Part shown: in pieces, positions 62,201 through 64,000 of the stretch
Layout: every line of letters begins with the position of its first letter
Numbering within the stretch: position 1 is the first letter of the stretch
Assembly (NCBI GenBank): GCA_950097015.1
Contig: CATNEN010000038.1
Location: 11,966,001 to 12,030,000, forward strand
Source of the DNA: Macrostomum hystrix
Lineage: Eukaryota; Animalia; Platyhelminthes
Direction: 5' to 3'
DNA length: 64,000 nt
Translations under genes and position numbers: made by a program
The notes under the pieces: model-generated
What the model was told of the DNA's origin: nothing
Database searches by the model: none
Seen by the model: the letters and a program-made list of their open reading frames with translations, nothing else

Positions 62201-63929
62201 GAATGGATAGTCACTATTGATTTGTGAATGGGAAGTCACTATGGATTTGTGAATTTACGGGAAAAATCAGACATTCGGCCAGAACCGATGAATATCTCGA
62301 CGGTCTGAAGGGCTGACGACTTTGATTCTTGCTTCAGAAGAGCTGCCGAAAAGCTGAGCCGTGTTGTTGAGTTTCACGTGCTTGCGTTGCTCCGTTCGCT
62401 GCTGCACAAATCATTGTGAGCGCGAGAATTCCCCCCCATGGTAGCTCTATAGCGTTAAAATCAGCCTTGGTTTCAAATAATCGGGCGTCATTTCACTGTA
62501 GAATTGCTGGCTTATTTCCCATTTTCATCATCACATTCGGTCCTTCTTATACCCCAGCCAAAACGTCACGAAGCCAGTTGAGCAGCTGATTGAGTCGGTC
62601 CAGGCTGATTACCTGCAGCTGGTCAGCGCTCTGTCGGCTCTGATGGCGAACACGACCCGGCGGCTGGAGGATGCGACCGCATTGCTGCGCAGAGAGGCGC
62701 ACCATCAGGACAGGCTGATGCGGCAAATCAATGCCAGTCGCCAGCGGATGCTGTCACGAATGTCTGTCGCGTCAGTCAGCGAAAATAATGCCACGCAGAG
62801 CCTAAATGTCAGTTCCGTTAGTCAGGATCTGGAGGACATTGCCCAGGTGCAAACATCGGTTCAGAACCTCACTATGCTGCAGGTATTTGATTGTTACTGT
62901 TTGACTGTTTGACACGAAAGAGCTGTTAGACGGATCAGTAGCCTGTGTACATCAGGTGTGTACATCGGCCCTGACTTTCTCATCGGCAGGCAGTATACAC
63001 TCTCACTGTGCCTTGGAGGTTGGCCCTCAAGGGCGTAATTTGCAGGACAAGCCCCCAAGCCTTCTCTCCGCGGCTGCGCTCCAAATGAATGTGGCCTCGC
63101 TGCGGAATCGAACTCAGGGATATTCGCGCGAGAGGCAGACGTGTTTGACCGCTCTGCCACTGACCCGCCCTCAGTAGATATTTCAGATACAATGGCATCT
63201 TAGACGGATCTGTAGGCTGCTAGATACGTTGCCTGACATATGTTAGATGCCACTGGTAACTGCAACTCAGTCTCAATCACCGGTTGCTACCAGAGACGTC
63301 TCAGCGCAGCCTGCGAGTTGGCCCTGTCTGAGCTGGCCAGCAACAATGCCACTCTGCGATCCGCCACTGACCGTACGGTATTCGCCGAGCACGACGGTGA
63401 TGTCAGCCGCATTTTGAGCGGATTCAGCGCCAGCTTGGAGCACTGGGCAAGAGAGACTGAGGACATGGTGTACAGCCACGCCAGAGACGGCTGGATTCGA
63501 CCGAATCATAGCAATGCGGTGGACTCGGATGAGACTCTTTGGACTTTTCCCGGCGCCCTACTGTACTCAATCTCGGTGGTGACAACCATTGGTGAGGAGA
63601 CATCGACATCAACATCCACATCTCTTCGGCATTCCAGCTTTTCGACATTCCATCTCTTCGACATCCCCATTTCTGTAGCACCCAGAATCTCAGACAATTC
63701 AACTTAGTAACGCCCTAAATACTCGACATATCAAATATTCGACATCGCTAATGTTCGGCCGAATTGTTTAACAAATTATATATCCGACATTCCGATTGCT
63801 AGGCTACGGGCATGTCGCGCCGAAGACCGAGCGGGGCAGAGTTGCCACAATTGTCTACGCCATCATTGGCATTCCCATGATGCTGCTGTGCTTGTCCAAC
63901 ATGGGCTCCTTCATGGCCGGCATCCTCAG
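59249..63929 (+). CDS. Two-pore-domain (K2P/TWIK family) K+ channel, 5' part; exons 59249-59330 (tentative), 61800-62037, 62558-62882, 63294-63591, 63803-63929; continues beyond the window
   Basis: M1 FSHIGLCLLVAAYTLGGAYLFVYLE; P1 [26 protein letters not shown]; M2 GRVATIVYAIIGIPMMLLCL; splice phases consistent. Confidence 0.9.
59802..60720. repeat. 24/23-bp minisatellite (CAGGACTGAGTGACAGGAGAATGC)n
   Basis: Direct tandem repeat. Confidence 0.96.
61273..61765. repeat. (CACT)n microsatellite
   Basis: Direct tandem repeat. Confidence 0.97.
62255..62440 (-). mobile_element. Dispersed copy of the cassette at 31133-31285
   Basis: Reverse-complement homology (ttcggccagaaccgatgaatatctcgacggtct..gtgcttgcgttgctccgttcg). 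Confidence 0.75.
62945..63170 (-). mobile_element. tRNA-derived SINE family A (5' two-thirds)
   Basis: Homologous to the other copies. Confidence 0.85.
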
Positions 63930-63953
63930 GTCATCGTCAATGATCCTATTTGA

Positions 63954-64000
63954 TTAATAATAATAATGGCAATGAGGGCTGCGGGCAATGGCGCATCATT
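63954..64000 (-). mobile_element. 3' tail of SINE family A, truncated by the window end
   Basis: (TAA)n followed by gagggctgcgggcaatggc. Confidence 0.75.

Overview
Intron-rich, repeat-rich animal (metazoan) DNA. The abundant 16-36 bp minisatellites, polyQ tracts and gene set suggest a flatworm such as Macrostomum; this is an inference, not a database result. I rebuilt spliced models by hand from GT-AG boundaries and reading-frame phase. Genes: an 11-exon MyRIP/melanophilin-like Rab effector carrying two internal Ig domains (2954-11308, +); a PAN+LamG lectin-like pair (pseudogene 16560-17652, intact gene 19182-20291); a Kv-beta/KCNAB subunit (24722-32574, +) convergent with MTHFR (33344-37459, -); an orphan Cys-rich surface protein (42064-43032, -); a single-exon class A GPCR (50370-51467); a syntaxin-6-like protein lacking its SNARE motif (52054-53863); and the 5' part of a K2P channel (59249 to beyond the window end). 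Mobile DNA: about 12 copies of one tRNA-derived SINE, a CORE-SINE family, LINE fragments, an internally deleted Tc1/IS630 element and an internally deleted P element. The most striking feature is at 11.7-15.4 kb: a head-to-tail array of different palindromic cassettes, each bounded by its own inverted arms and joined by the same 4-bp GTAT spacer. One cassette carries a Crypton-type (tyrosine-recombinase transposon) ORF remnant, giving an integron-like layout in an animal genome. A second array of similar design lies at about 31 kb. Most long ORFs in the supplied track are tandem-repeat artefacts.
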